A stretch of DNA of 62,941 nucleotides, filler included, from Rozella allomycis CSF55 (Eukaryota), in assembly GCA_000442015.1 (NCBI GenBank). It is 17 parts of 17 records of this genome, joined end to end, with 100 filler letters (N's around TTAATTAATTAA, not from the genome) between each part and the next. Parts side by side here need not be neighbours in the genome. Positions count along the whole stretch, not along the records: positions 10,916 to 21,778 come from KE560380.1; positions 21,879 to 25,019 come from KE560381.1; 15 more parts are not named here. One strand, given 5' to 3'. Shown here in pieces: positions 12,344 to 25,119 of the stretch. How positions within the stretch are numbered: position 1 is the first letter of the stretch; each line of letters opens with the position of its first letter. The translations under genes were made by a program, and so were the position numbers. Under the pieces are notes generated by a model, which saw only the letters and a list, made by a program, of their open reading frames with translations, was not told the origin of the DNA and ran no database searches.

Positions 12344-13788
12344 ATGAGGTTCAAATTCTGTGCATTCATTTATTTTATCAGCGCATTTCTTTATATTTCA
12401 GCCTATAAATTCAATAGACAAGAAAAAAGAATTGTTGCAAAAGCTACTGCGAAAGCGGCGATGAAAGCAATTGCAGTCACTCCAGTAGCAACAGTAGCGT
12501 CAGCTGTAGCGACTATGTATCATCCTCTAGCTGCATTGGCTGAAGTTACTAAAAGAAATCAGACTCAAGCCAAATACCACATGACCCAAGCTGGACGCGC
12601 CTTCTTAGGAACACTAGCAAGTCCATTTCTGGTATTTTTGACACCTATTATTAAATATCACGAAACAACCAATCTAATTATCAATACTAATTATAGTTGT
12701 TCAGCTGTAGTAAACAGGAATAACCCATCTGAAATATTCAGCACTGGTTACGAAATATTTACTGCCTTGGACGCTCAATTTCTAAAGCAACTGCTATTAA
12801 AAGTTAAATTTGAAGGAGAAGCTAGCGCATTTCAAAAGGGCCCAGCCAACGAATTCTTTTTTCTTTTTGCGGCGACATTGCAAAATGAGCCTTTCGATTT
12901 GTTCGATTATGATAACAATAGATCTATTTTCAAAATCAAACCGGGGATAAAATCAGATGAAAGGATTAAAAGATTTAAAACTCTTGGAAAAATTCTTGGA
13001 TTCTATGCCTACAAAAAAATACCCATTGGAATGGCATTCCCGAATTCATTTTACAAAATTTTGCTTAACAAGTCATTATCAAAAAAGGACTACTCTAAAG
13101 ATGATCCAATCGCATACAATAATATGATGAAGCTGAAAAGTTGTTCAAATGAAGAGCTGGATGATATGTTTATATATTACCCGCCTCCAGATGATGAAAA
13201 AATGGTCAATCAAATCAATTTAGAAGACTATATCGAGTACCTATAATTTTTACCCTATATTTAGAAAGCAGTCTCTCTTTCAGATGTATGGATACGCCAA
13301 AGAAGAAATTGACGCGGTTGCTGCTGAATTTCAAAGATTCGTAAAGCCATCTATGTTTAAATCTCCTATAAAATTAAAAGTGAGTATAATTGATCTTTTT
13401 TACAGCTAGAAATTGTTAATCGGAGAGACGGATTTCCATTTAATCAAGGAAAGTCTAATCGGCAATGTCAAACTTTCGGACTATTCTCGCTCCGAATTGG
13501 TTATTTTGATGCTGTTCAAATATATACGACAATTAAGCGATAAATCTTTGAAGAAATTTTGGCGATTCATCTCCGGAAGCGAGTATTTCGCAGCGTCCAC
13601 AAAATTGACATGGTCGGTGAGCAAGGGTACATCAGATTTGGCGCTCCCATCAGTTTTTACATGGTAGCAAGCATAAATTATTAAAATGTAGTTTCAGGCA
13701 CGTAATCATGCCTCGGTATACAAATTATGAATCTCTGGCTACAAAATTTGATCAAGCAATTGAAGCAACAGACTTTGCACTAGCTTAA
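12344..13788 (+). CDS. HECT-domain E3 ubiquitin ligase with N-terminal signal peptide; exons 12344-13236, 13265-13379, 13410-13663, 13692-13788
   Basis: HECT motifs LKVKFEGE..GPANEFF, LGKILG, FYKILL, KLLIGE, FWRFISG, LPSVFTCF..MPRY, AIEATDFALA*; three GT-AG introns of 28, 30 and 28 nt keep the frame; hydrophobic N-terminus MRFKFCAFIYFISAFLYISA. Confidence 0.9.
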
Positions 13789-13920
13789 CCCAATGTATTA
13801 TACAAATAAATTATACCATTTGCAATAAATGTGAATTTTAAAATTAAATAATTATAATCACACTGAATATATTAATAGGAAGGAGGGGCAAAATAAAAAT
13901 TTTTTGTTTCTAGACGAAAA

Positions 13921-13994
13921 TGTTTTCATCCAGGTTCGAACTGGAGACCTTTCGCATGTAAAGCGAACGTGATAACCAACTACACCATGAAAAC
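13921..13994 (-). tRNA. tRNA-Val (anticodon TAC)
   Basis: Minus strand GTTTTCA...TGAAAAC(A) acceptor stem, anticodon arm TTCGC-TTTACAT-GCGAA, T-loop GTTCGAAC. Confidence 0.95.
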
Positions 13995-14209
13995 TTGAAA
14001 GCGGAAATTTGTATGTTTTTATATTTAATATCAAATCTTACCAGTCCTTGTTTTGACTAAAATTTTTAAATTGAAAAAAATAGAAATGATCAATAAATGA
14101 ATTAATCAATTTTTCATTTATTGAACTAAAATTTCTTTTGTNATAATCACACTGAATATATTAATAGGAAGGAGGGGCAAAATAAAAATTTTTTGTTTCT
14201 AGACGAAAA

Positions 14210-14283
14210 TGTTTTCATCCAGGTTCGAACTGGAGACCTTTCGCATGTAAAGCGAACGTGATAACCAACTACACCATGAAAAC
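14210..14283 (-). tRNA. tRNA-Val (TAC), second copy (haplotype overlap duplicate)
   Basis: Identical sequence inside the block duplicated across N 14142. Confidence 0.9.
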
Positions 14284-14406
14284 TTGAAAGAAGAAATTTG
14301 TATGTCTTTATATTTAATATCAATCTTACCAGTCCTTGTTTTGACTAAAATTCTTTAAATTGAAAAAAATAAAAATGATTAATAAATGAATTAATCAAGT
14401 TTTCAT

Positions 14407-15878
14407 TTATTGAACTAAAATTTCTTTTGTCTCGGTCTCTGCAAGAGCAACGATTTCAGAGATCCTTTCTCTCCATTGTGATATGCTGTTCTTCACACTG
14501 CCGATTTGTTCTCTATTCAATACACGTGGTTGAACCCAATTGATATTTACGACTTGATTCACTTGGTCGATTGATCCCTTGATGATATTTAGCGAAAGAG
14601 CCTTCATAACAAGAAATTCAATCTTTTCCGTAAAAATATATTAAATTACTTCATTTTCAGGAATTTTTGTTTCTTGCGAAATGACTGCAAATGGAATAGA
14701 TCTCCCTTGCCCNTGCCTTCATAACAAGAAATTCAATCTTTTCCATAAACATGCATTAAATTACTTCATTTTCAGGTATTTTTGTTTCTTGCGAAATGAC
14801 TGCAAATGGAATAGATCTCCCTTGCCCTTGTCTCTTGAAAGCACACTCGATCAACGCCATCAAGGAAATCTTTTGTTTCAGAAAACCAGCTTGTTGGTTC
14901 AATAAAGTATGGTTAGCAAAGACACTGCTTTGCTGTTCAAACTTTTGCAAGTCACCGCAATTAAAGGCAAAGAGCGCATGCCTAATCCATTCATTAGGTC
15001 CACTAAGAGCTTCTAAAATTGGATGAAGAAGCTATCAAGCCACACTAATATATTTACCAGTTCCCCAAAGTTATAGATTTTATCCGACAAGAGCGCTGCA
15101 AGTCCCAGATCCACGGCCCTCTGAACCTTTTCATTAAGCTCCATTTTATCAACATCAACACACGCAAGATAAAGCAGGGCATTCTTGTAGTATCCAGTGT
15201 AATTGGCTTTAATCTATAATCACCTCATAAACCTGCTACTTTTTCAAAATCCGTTACGACTCTATAAAAGGTCGCTTGCAAGAAAGGCTCGACAAACATC
15301 ATTTTATCAATAATTTTGTTGCACTCTTCAATAACTGTTTCAGTAAACTCGACATCGCCTTGCAGCAGTTTGTAGTTTGCAGCCTCGAGTCTAGCAACTA
15401 CAAGTGCTTCTTGGCAGTCAACGACTTTGTTAGCAACACTGGTCATAAATTCAAAGGCTTGATTTGCATCTATAAAGGCAGTGGAGCTAGTTTACCTTTT
15501 AATTGTTTGGAAACAGCATGCGCTATTTTGACGAGTGACAGCTGGTTGATTTCCTTTTCAAAGTCTGCAATAAAATTTGAGTAAATTGGTTGCAAGAAGC
15601 GAGCGGATTCTTTGTGGTGTACAAAGTCTTCGAGTTCAACAGTGAGCTGATGCCATAGTCTGGTGTGTTAAAGGGGATATAGTTANCTGCAAGAAGCGAG
15701 CGGATTCTTTATGATGGACAAAGTCTTCAAGCTCAACAGTGAGCTGATGCCATAGTCTGGTGTGTTAAAGGGGATATAGTTACTTTTTATCGTAGAGAGT
15801 AATAAAACTGTCGATTTTTGGCTGAAGTTGTGGAGGAACTTGAGGTCTAAGAGTATTGAGAAAGGCGACTGCTGACAT
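14407..15878 (-). CDS. RPN9: 26S proteasome lid subunit Rpn9/PSMD13 (multi-exon)
   Basis: LWHQLT, IYNFGEL, LKQKISLMALIE, MKALSLNIIKGSIDQV..INWVQPRVL PCI motifs. Confidence 0.93.
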
Positions 15879-16297
15879 TGGAAAATTCAGGAAATGCAAG
15901 CTGGTAAAAAGAAAGCAATCAATTAATGTACAAATGATTTATAAGAAGTTAGTTAAAAATTTAAATGAATATTCAATCATAAATTCATAAAATAAATAAA
16001 AGTTTATTATTTTTTGTTGATTGATTGAAGAATACCACTTCCACATCTATCAATGTCCATAATGATACCATGGTAGTTTGGCTCAGTCAGCCACTTTTGA
16101 GAATCATCGTCGAATCCGATAGCATTTACAGGATAAGGCAATGACTGCTTTACTTTTTTGCCTTGTTTAGAGTCGAAAGATAATTTTGGTTTCTTTAGNT
16201 TGAATAAATGAAATTGATAATGTACGAATAATTTATAAGAAGTTAGTCAAAAATTTAAATGAATATTCAATCATAAACTCATAAAATAAATAAAAGT

Positions 16298-19200
16298 TTA
16301 TTGTTTTTTATGGATTGATTGAAGAATACCACTTCCACATCTAGCAATGTCCATAATGATACCATGGTAGTTTGGCTCAGTTAACCACTTTTGAGAATCA
16401 TCGTCGAAGCCGATAGCATTTACAGGATAAGGCAATGACTGTTTTACTTTTTTGCCTTGTTTAGAGTCGAAAGATAATTTTGGTTTCTTTAGTATTTGGA
16501 TGTTGGGAGTATCTTTGAACAGAGAGCGTTTAAAGATAATTCCGATGTGAGTGCCGCCAAATGGATTATGAAAGACTAAAACTTGATCATGAAACTTTTC
16601 CTANCGTTTCTTTGAACAGAGAGCGTTTAAAGATGATTCCGATGTGTGTACCGCCAAATGGATTATGAAAGACTAAAACTTGATCATGAAACTTTTCCTA
16701 GTATAATGTTGATGGACGAATACTTACTCTGATTGAAGCGACATACTTTGCAGCTGGATCAAAATCAATCCATAGATGGTCTAATCCTTTTGGATCTTTC
16801 TTGTGAATGAATTCAATTTGAGAAGATTCTTCGGAATGAATCAAATTTTCTTTACAAAGTGGCTTAGTGTGACGTTCAGCGACCCTTGTACAATTTAACT
16901 CATTTAAAGTTAAATAACAATCGAATTCAGACAAATTAGGAGTGAAAATGGAACTGTATTTTTCTGGAGAATTGAAATTGATGCAAAGTTTAAGCGTGTT
17001 TGAACAAATCATTTTGAATCNTTCATTTAAAGTTAAATAACAATCGAATTCAGACAAATTTGGAGTGAAAATGGAACTGTATTTTTCTGGAGTATTGAAA
17101 TTGATGCAAAGTTTAAGCGTGTTTGAACAAATCATTTTGAATCTCTTCCACAGCATTGCCTGATCGTTTGAATCAATGAATGAAATTGCGTTATCTGAAT
17201 TTTTGGTCTTTTGAATTAAACTTTCGAAATCTAGTGAAGAAATTAATTCCAAGAATCTAAAAAATCCATTTGATTGTCCACGTGGAACAGAATGATCAGA
17301 AANTATTAAACTTTCGAAATCCAATGAAGAAATTAATTCCAGGAATCTAAAAAATCCATTTGATTGTCCACGTGGAACAGAATGATTAGAAAAGAGAGAA
17401 GCCACAAGAAAGTCAATAATGTCTTCTGTTGAATCAAAGAGCATTTTAAGTTTNCAGAAAAGAGAGAAGCTACAAGAAAGTCAATAATGTCTTCTGTTGA
17501 ATCAAATAACATTTTAAGTTTTGGTGTTTCAGATTTAATGATTGAATTGAAAGAAATCAGAAAATGAGCTGAACAAAATCGTTTAACGATCATCATTGTG
17601 TCTCTGAAAGCAGATGGATATTTTGAATAAGAATTTTTACACAAATCATTCAATTTAATTCTTTTAAAGAAAAATGAATTTTCAAAATTTCCAAAATTAA
17701 AACATTTTTCAAGATCTAGTGGCTTGTCATCTAATTTAGTGAATGGAGGAGCAATGAAGAATCTAAAAATATAACCATCTTTTTCAATATCCAAAAATCC
17801 ATTTTCATTTAAACTTGATTTTTCAAATCTTTTAGAAATTTCACCCAACAAGGCAATTTTCATAATGTGAATTGCGTGATCATCTTCTGGCCATCTTCCA
17901 CTGAATTCAAAAACAATCATCGCTTCTTGAACAGGAATAAATGGATTTTCTAAATTAAAATGAGATCCCATCTTCTTCAAATATTCAATCGTTGGCATAA
18001 ATGGTAAATGATAAGAATATCTCAATGATGATGAAAGCCCATAAATTGTATTAATACACAAAGGAAGTTTCTTCATCTCTTTCAATGTTCTACAAAGTTC
18101 ATCAAATGAAACAATTAAAGATTTTTCATTCAATTTTAATGGATTTGGAAATTTCATTAAATTGAAGTGGCTTAGATTAGTTAGATCTTTAATTTCATTT
18201 TTATTCAAAATGTGATCTATAATTTCTTTAATTGGATCATTTGAAAACAAAACACATTCTCTTATAGATCCATCAGCCAATCTTCTTAATTCAGCCTTTT
18301 CTCCCCAAAATTCTCTAAACTCTTTCGCTTCTTCAACTTGATCAGCAATAGGCCCAATCTCTATTATTTTATTCGCATTCTCTGAAAATTTCATCTTTAT
18401 TTTACAATCACCAGAAACAAAAATATTCTCACATCTTTCCTTCAACCCTTGTCTCAAAACATTTTCCAATTCATTTCTTTCATGAACACTCATTTCTTCT
18501 TTCTTTCCTTGAATCAAATAAATTCCATCAAAGTATGAAATTTCATTAATTTGTTTCAAGAAGAGAAAATTAAAACATTTCAAATCNCCTTTCCTTGAAT
18601 CAAATAAATTCCATCAAAATAAGAAATTTCATTAATTTGTTTCAAGAAGAGAAAATTAAAACATTTCAAATCATCTTCACCATCTAAAACATTCAAAGAC
18701 ACTTTAGCCTTTTCTTTAACAGTTTTCCAAAACCCATTAGACTCAAATCCAAACAAATTAAACAATCCAGTTGGATCCAAAAGAACAAAATCATCAAACT
18801 TTAAAAACATTTCATTCTTAAAATTATCCATCACCTTCTCTGAAACAATAAAATTCTCGCAAATCGTATAAACTCTATTCTCCAAGCCACCAAGGAACGT
18901 AAGAAACATTCTAAACATTTGATAACTACTCATATTCACACTCATATCCTTCTCTTTAATTAAAAATGCAAATATCATTGAAACTATAAATGTATTCATC
19001 TCAACACCCTGCTTTCTAGACCACACCTTTGCTAGGTTAATTCCATTCTTCAATTCGCTATTTATTCCAATTTCACTCAAATAATGCAAATGAAACAACA
19101 TCATCATATCCTTCAATATCATTTGATTATAAAACGGCGTTGGCTCCAACTCACTCGCAGTATCCCTTTCAACATTTTTATCAAGCAACCACGGTCTAAC

Positions 19201-19807
19201 ACAATTTTTCATAGGGCCAAGTTTATTTATAGGAAACACACTCGAATCAATAATCCCAAACAATCTCACAGTATATTTAAACTTTGTCTCTATTTTCACA
19301 AAAGGAGTCCATTTATCTGCAACAAACGACACAACAACATTCTCATCAAATTTACTTAACATTCTTTCAATTCCTTTCAAGAAACAATACTTCTTTTTAA
19401 AATACCTATAGTTCAAATGATCCTTCTCGCCAAACATCTCCTTGGGCATCTCTACTCCCAAATCCACATTCAAATTTGGTCTAGGAAGCGTCTTCAAAAT
19501 ATAACTTCCAACCACATGAACAGCACTAGGCTTCACACCTTCAAACTCACCAAACCCTTCCTCCTTGGGATACACACCGTCATCTACACAAATCTACTAA
19601 AATAAAATGATTATAATCTACCTTTTCGTCAGTTTGGTTGGCCAACAAGTATTTATGCAGCTTTTTCAAAAAAGTGTCAAGCTCCTTGGTCTTGGTTTCT
19701 CTGAACGATATATTTGACAGACATTCATTCATCTGCATACGAAATAAATTCGACTTGTACAAAGTTTCTGCTTCGTGGAAAGAAGCGATCTCTTCTTTGG
19801 TTTTCAT
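16298..19807 (-). CDS. UTP22: Nrap/Utp22 (NOL6) U3 snoRNP-associated nucleolar protein; true start may lie further upstream; haplotype duplicates at 16007-16198 and 20050-20460
   Basis: LYKSNLFRMQM, VVGSY..NVDLGVEMP..EKDHLNYRY, TPFYN, FREFWGEKAELRRLADGSIRE, FEFSGRWPEDD; 28-nt intron 19594-19621. Confidence 0.93.
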
Positions 19808-20585
19808 TTTTCTTCTTTTGACAGGGGTTCGGAAATTCTGGGTTTGCTTGGAGCTAGCAAGAAACGATACAAGAAAGAAATAAGATTTCTATAGGGTTAT
19901 TACAGGTATTTGAGTGTTGCTAATACTGTCTTTGCGGTATTAGAATGCCGTTTTGAATGTGCGTGGACCGGGGTTAAGCCACACAAAACTGCACATGACA
20001 ATCCCTCAAATCAATTCAATGGCGTTCGCGGGATTTGCAAAACCAGGTNCACTCCCAAATCCACATTCAAATCTGGCTTCGAAAGCGTCTTCAAAATATA
20101 ACTCCCAACCACATGAACAGCTCTAGGCTTCACACCTTCAAACTCGCCAAACCCTTCCTCCTCGGGATACACTCCGTCATCTACACAAATCTACTAATAT
20201 AAAATGATTATAATCTACCTTTTCGTCAGTTTGGTTGGCCAACAAGTATTTATGCAGCTTTTTCAAAAAAGTGTCAAGCTCCTTGGTCTTGGTTTCTCTG
20301 AACGATATATTTGACAGACATTCATTCATCTGCATACGAAATAAATTCGACTTGTACAAAGTTTCTGCTTCGTGGAAAGAAGCGATCTCTTCTTTGGTTT
20401 TCATTTTTCTTCTTTTGACAGGGGTTCGGAAATTCTGGGTTTGCTTGGAGCTAGCAAGAAACGATACAAGAAAGAAATAAGATTTTCTATAGGGTTTATG
20501 CAAGAATTTGGGTATTGGTAATACTGGCTTTGCGGTATAACAATGCCGTTTTGAATGTGCGGGGTTAAGCCACACAAAACTGCAC

Positions 20586-21778
20586 ATGACAATTCCTCAA
20601 ATCAATTCGATAGCGTTCGCGGGATTCGCTAAACCAGGTGGCTCCAAAACAAGGCATGTGATTATCAAAGTATTCAGCAACGGTGATCAATGGCAAATCA
20701 TACGTCCAATCAACGAGTTTTACAAGTACATTCTTGGTCTTGGCCCCGGTATTATTGACTCGCCGATTATTGAAGTTTTATCAAGTCTTGAGCTGGATAG
20801 CAACAAATCTGCATTGGTACTTAATCAGCATCGACAATTGATACAAGATATCCTGCAATGTGTCCTCGATGCATTAAATAACGATGGAGAGCCTGCTATT
20901 CCTTTGGATTTCTTCATGGCTAATGAATTGGATCAAAAATCGATTTTNATGCAATGTGTCCTCGATGCATTAAATATCAATAGTGCACCTGAAATTCCTT
21001 TGGATTTCTTCATGGCTAATGAATTGGATCAAAAATCGATTTTCATTGACCAAGAGAACAATTCCGTGCCCGTTGACGTTTCAGTGAAACGAACATTCTC
21101 AATTGATCTCCACGACAACATAGCTGAAAATTTAGAAAGAAATTTAAGCTATGGCAGCAATGAAGAAGCGGTAAAAAGACTTGAAAAGAAGAGGCAACTA
21201 GTTGAAGGTCTAAGGAAGCAGCAGATTCANTCACGACGGCATTGCTGAAAGTTTGGAAAGAAATGTAAGCTATGGCAGCAATGAAGAAGCGGTAAAAAGA
21301 CTTGAAAAGAAGAGGCAACTAGTTGAAGGTCTAAGGAAGCAGCAGATTCATACGTCATTTAGAGACGAAAATAATTTATCCAGATTGGTGAGGAGAGCGA
21401 GCTCTACAAAAGTTCATCATTCAAACTCTAGGGAGTTTGAGTACGCCGTGATAGAAAATAAGACTATTACACAAGCTCTTGAATGCGTCAATATTAATGA
21501 ACAGGTTGTTAGCATAGAATCTTTGGTTCCAGTTGATCTGACAATGACTGATTTGGTTAAAATCAAATATATGGATGAAAATGTAGTTACCAGGATTCCA
21601 CAGGATTTCCAGCTGTTCATTAATAAAATTAAGCGCAAATTTTCAGTTGGAAAAGAAAAGACATTATCTTTGACGTTTCTGGATGAAGATGGCGATGAAA
21701 TTCAAATCACTTCAATGGAGGACGTGAAAATTGCTAAGACGATCAAACAAACATCAAAATTAATAATCAAAGCATCCT
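20586..21778 (+). CDS. PB1-domain protein with a possible N-terminal PX-like domain (Bem1-like scaffold lacking SH3); contains N-joined duplications
   Basis: C-terminal VKIKY...LTFLDEDGDEIQITSMEDV (PB1 lysine plus OPCA motif); N-terminal VIIKV..WQIIRPINEF resembles PX. Confidence 0.65.
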
Positions 21779-21883
21779 NNNNNNNNNNNNNNNNNNNNNN
21801 NNNNNNNNNNNNNNNNNNNNNNTTAATTAATTAANNNNNNNNNNNNNNNNNNNNNNNNNNNNNNNNNNNNNNNNNNNNAGATT

Positions 21884-21917
21884 ATTCTAGAATTTTCGGA
21901 ATTCCGAACTATAAATA
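21884..21917 (+). promoter_or_regulatory. Heat-shock element (TTCtaGAAttTTC) plus TATA box (TATAAATA, 21910-21917) upstream of HSP104
   Basis: Three correctly phased alternating nGAAn units at 21884-21898, 44-58 nt upstream of the ATG. Confidence 0.75.
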
Positions 21918-21941
21918 CGGGATCAGATTGAAGCCCCCAAA

Positions 21942-24596
21942 ATGGCATTTGACTATAACAATTTAACAGAAAGAACACAAAAAGCGTTACAAAGGGCAAT
22001 ATCAATTTGCCAAGAAAACTCGAATATCCAGTTGCATCCCGTGCATTTGCTGATGGCGTTGTTTGAGGACAGGGACGGATTAGCTCGCCAGTTGATTCAA
22101 AAGTTTAATTCCAATATGACTGTAGTGAACCGAGTAATGCAGGCGCATCTGACGAAGCTTCCGAGACAGACTCCGGCGCCGTCGCCGTCGTTTTCGCATG
22201 CGCTAGTGTCTGTGTTTAACAAGGCGACTAGTATTCAAAAGGAGAATGGGGATTCGCATGTTGCTGTTGATACGTTGTTGCTGGCGTTGTTGGATAACAA
22301 GGATGTTGCGGCTATGTTGCAGGAGGCGTCATTGCATAGGCACCAGTTGATTACGGCGATTCAGGAGATGAGGAAGGATAAGAAAGTTACTGGAAGCAAT
22401 GCTGAGGAGACGTTTGAGGCATTGTCAAAGTATGCACATGATCTTGTTACTATGGCTTTGAGTGGAAAGTTGGATCCTGTGATTGGAAGAGATGATGAAA
22501 TACGAAGAGTGATTAGAGTGCTTGCAAGGAGGACAAAGAACAATCCTGTTTTGATTGGACCGCCTGGTGTTGGGAAGACAGCTATAGTTGAAGGACTTGC
22601 GCAGAGAATCGCTAGAGGAGATGTACCTGAATCATTAAAGTGTCAATTATTTTCGCTTGACATGGGAGCGCTTGTTGCTGGAGCTAAATACAGGGGTGAG
22701 TTTGAGGAAAGGTTGAAGGGTGTATTAAAGGAAGTACAAGATTCCAATGGCAGAATTATATTGTTTATTGATGAGATTCATTTAGTCTTAGGAGCTGGAA
22801 AGGCTGAAGGTGCGATGGATGCTGCGAATTTGTTGAAACCATTGCTTGCGCGAGGAGAGTTGAGGTGTATTGGAGCGACTACATTGGAAGAGTATAGGAA
22901 ACATGTTGAAAAAGATGCAGCGTTTGAAAGAAGATTTCAGCCTATTTATGTTGGAGAGCCATCGTTGGAAGATGCTGTGAGTATTTTGCGTGGATTGAAG
23001 GAGAGATATGAGACGCATCATGGAGTTAAAATTGCAGATGCTGCGATTGTATTGGCTGCACAGTTGGCTAATCGATATATTACTAATAGATTCTTGCCTG
23101 ATAAAGCTATTGATTTGATTGATGAAGCGTGTGCTAATACACGAGTAGCTTTGGACAGTCAACCTGAGATTATTGATTCTTTACAAAGGAGAAAATTGCA
23201 ATTGGAAGTTGAAGCGACTGCCCTGGAAAGAGAAAAGGATGCAGTGAGTCAGCAAAGATTGTTAAAGGTTAAAGAAGAAATGACAAAGATTGAAGAAGAT
23301 TTGAAACCGTTGAGAGAAAGATATTCAAGAGAAAAGAATCGAATAGTTGAAGTTCAAGAATTAAATAAAAAGTTGGATGAATTGAAAGTAAAGTTGGAAG
23401 ATGCAAAGAGAAGATATGATTTAGCATTGGCAGCTGATATTCAATACGGTGCAATTCCAGATGTTGAAAAGAGAATTCAACATTTGAAAGAGATTAATCA
23501 AAGCCAAGAAGAAGAAGAAATGGATAGCAATCGTTTAGTTAGTGAAGATGTTGGTGTTGATGAAATAATGGAAGTTGTTTCTAGATGGACCGGCATTCCA
23601 TTAACAAAGTTGAATCAGAGCCAAGCCAATAGATTGTTGCATTTAGCTGATCGATTGAAAGAAAGAGTTGTTGGTCAAAATGAAGCTGTTAATGTTGTTT
23701 CTGAGGCTGTGATTAGATCTAGATCTGGGCTTAGCAGACCTAATCAGCCACTAGGTAGCTTTCTATTTTTAGGTCCAAGTGGAGTTGGAAAAACAGAATT
23801 AGCAAAAGCTTTAGCTTATGAATTGTTTGATGATGATAAACATGTGATTAGAATTGATATGTCTGAATACATGGAAAAACATTCAGTCTCTAGATTGATT
23901 GGAGCTGCACCCGGATATGTTGGATATGAAGAAGGTGGCCAGTTAACTGAAGCCGTGAGAAGACGTCCTTACAATGTTGTTTTGTTTGATGAAGTTGAAA
24001 AAGCTCACGTTGATGTTTTGAATGTTTTATTGCAAGTTCTGGATGATGGAAGATTAACTGATGGCCAGGGTAGAACTGTTGACTTTTCAAATACAATTAT
24101 CGTTCTAACGTCAAATCTTGGTTCTCAATTCCTTCAAACAGATTTCAATGGTTCTGTTCCTCAAATGGTTAAAGATCAAGTCTTATCTGAAGTTAGAAGA
24201 CACTTCCGACCAGAGTTTCTTAATAGGCTAGACGATATTGCAATATTCAATCCACTGTCAGAAACCGACTTGTTTAGCATTGTTCATCTCCAAATGAAAC
24301 AAATCGCTACCAGATTACAAGACAGAGAAATAACAGTCACATTAGATGATTCTGCTGTTCAACTAGTTCTCCAAGAAGCCTACAATCCTGTTTATGGTGC
24401 ACGACCTCTAAGACGTTATCTGGAAAAGACAATTGTTACTGCACTTTCTAAAATGATATTGGATCCTGTTGCACCTCTAAAGAATGGTTCTAGTGTAACT
24501 GTGTACCATGCTGGGTTGGCACCTACAAATGCAAAAGTATATAATGATTTGGCATTCGTTATTCATGAAAAAGATCAAGTTGAAATGGACATTTAA
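21942..24596 (+). CDS. HSP104: Cytosolic Hsp104/ClpB AAA+ disaggregase, intronless
   Basis: Clp-N domain, NBD1 [15 protein letters not shown], middle coiled coil, NBD2 [21 protein letters not shown]; no mitochondrial presequence; acidic C-terminus. Confidence 0.97.
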   Translation: MAFDYNNLTERTQKALQRAISICQENSNIQLHPVHLLMALFEDRDGLARQLIQKFNSNMTVVNRVMQAHLTKLPRQTPAPSPSFSHALVSVFNKATSIQKENGDSHVAVDTLLLALLDNKDVAAMLQEASLHRHQLITAIQEMRKDKKVTGSNAEETFEALSKYAHDLVTMALSGKLDPVIGRDDEIRRVIRVLARRTKNNPVLIGPPGVGKTAIVEGLAQRIARGDVPESLKCQLFSLDMGALVAGAKYRGEFEERLKGVLKEVQDSNGRIILFIDEIHLVLGAGKAEGAMDAANLLKPLLARGELRCIGATTLEEYRKHVEKDAAFERRFQPIYVGEPSLEDAVSILRGLKERYETHHGVKIADAAIVLAAQLANRYITNRFLPDKAIDLIDEACANTRVALDSQPEIIDSLQRRKLQLEVEATALEREKDAVSQQRLLKVKEEMTKIEEDLKPLRERYSREKNRIVEVQELNKKLDELKVKLEDAKRRYDLALAADIQYGAIPDVEKRIQHLKEINQSQEEEEMDSNRLVSEDVGVDEIMEVVSRWTGIPLTKLNQSQANRLLHLADRLKERVVGQNEAVNVVSEAVIRSRSGLSRPNQPLGSFLFLGPSGVGKTELAKALAYELFDDDKHVIRIDMSEYMEKHSVSRLIGAAPGYVGYEEGGQLTEAVRRRPYNVVLFDEVEKAHVDVLNVLLQVLDDGRLTDGQGRTVDFSNTIIVLTSNLGSQFLQTDFNGSVPQMVKDQVLSEVRRHFRPEFLNRLDDIAIFNPLSETDLFSIVHLQMKQIATRLQDREITVTLDDSAVQLVLQEAYNPVYGARPLRRYLEKTIVTALSKMILDPVAPLKNGSSVTVYHAGLAPTNAKVYNDLAFVIHEKDQVEMDI

Positions 24597-24702
24597 ATTA
24601 ATAAAGTCATGATTTTGTAACAACTTACCTTTTATTCTATCTTTGAATTTTCTTATTTTTTGCTAAATCTTTGTTTTTCCATCATCTTTGTGGCTTTGTT
24701 CC

Positions 24703-25019
24703 ATGAGATTTCACTTTTTTCTTCTAGCAGCAGCGGCACTAGTTTCATCTTCGCATCTAAACAGAAGAGATGCCCAGTCCGACTCTTCCAGACATACTCC
24801 TCGTTTGGCGCCTAAAAGAAAACTTCTTCAGCCACAACACTCGTCCTCGCCCAAAAGACAAAAGCAAAATCCCATAGATCCTGTCCAACATCAAGTTTTA
24901 TTGCCAGTCACCACTTTATCTCCTGAACAGATCGGTCAGATTCCACCGCTATCATTAGAGATTGAGATTTCCGACATTGAAGATGTGCATCCAAGATACT
25001 TGTCAATGTATTCACCAGA
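24703..25019 (+). CDS. Predicted secreted protein with a bipartite NLS-like motif; truncated at contig end
   Basis: Signal peptide MRFHFFLLAAAALVSS, LNRR dibasic site, PKRKLLQPQHSSSPKRQK. Confidence 0.65.
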
Positions 25020-25119
25020 NNNNNNNNNNNNNNNNNNNNNNNNNNNNNNNNNNNNNNNNNNNNTTAATTAATTAANNNNNNNNNNNNNNNNNNNNNNNNN
25101 NNNNNNNNNNNNNNNNNNN

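Noticed and set aside
13853-14430. Tandem tRNA-Val duplication, and similar tandem duplications in UTP22, RPN9, PRP22, ERV2 and the Tyr-rich gene
   Set aside because: Each duplicate is bounded by a single N and overlaps its neighbour with few differences, indicating unmerged haplotype overlaps rather than tandem genes.
21942-24596. Intronless ClpB as a bacterial contaminant or recent horizontal transfer
   Set aside because: A eukaryotic HSE/TATA promoter, no operon context and a neighbouring eukaryote-type secreted gene fit native Hsp104.
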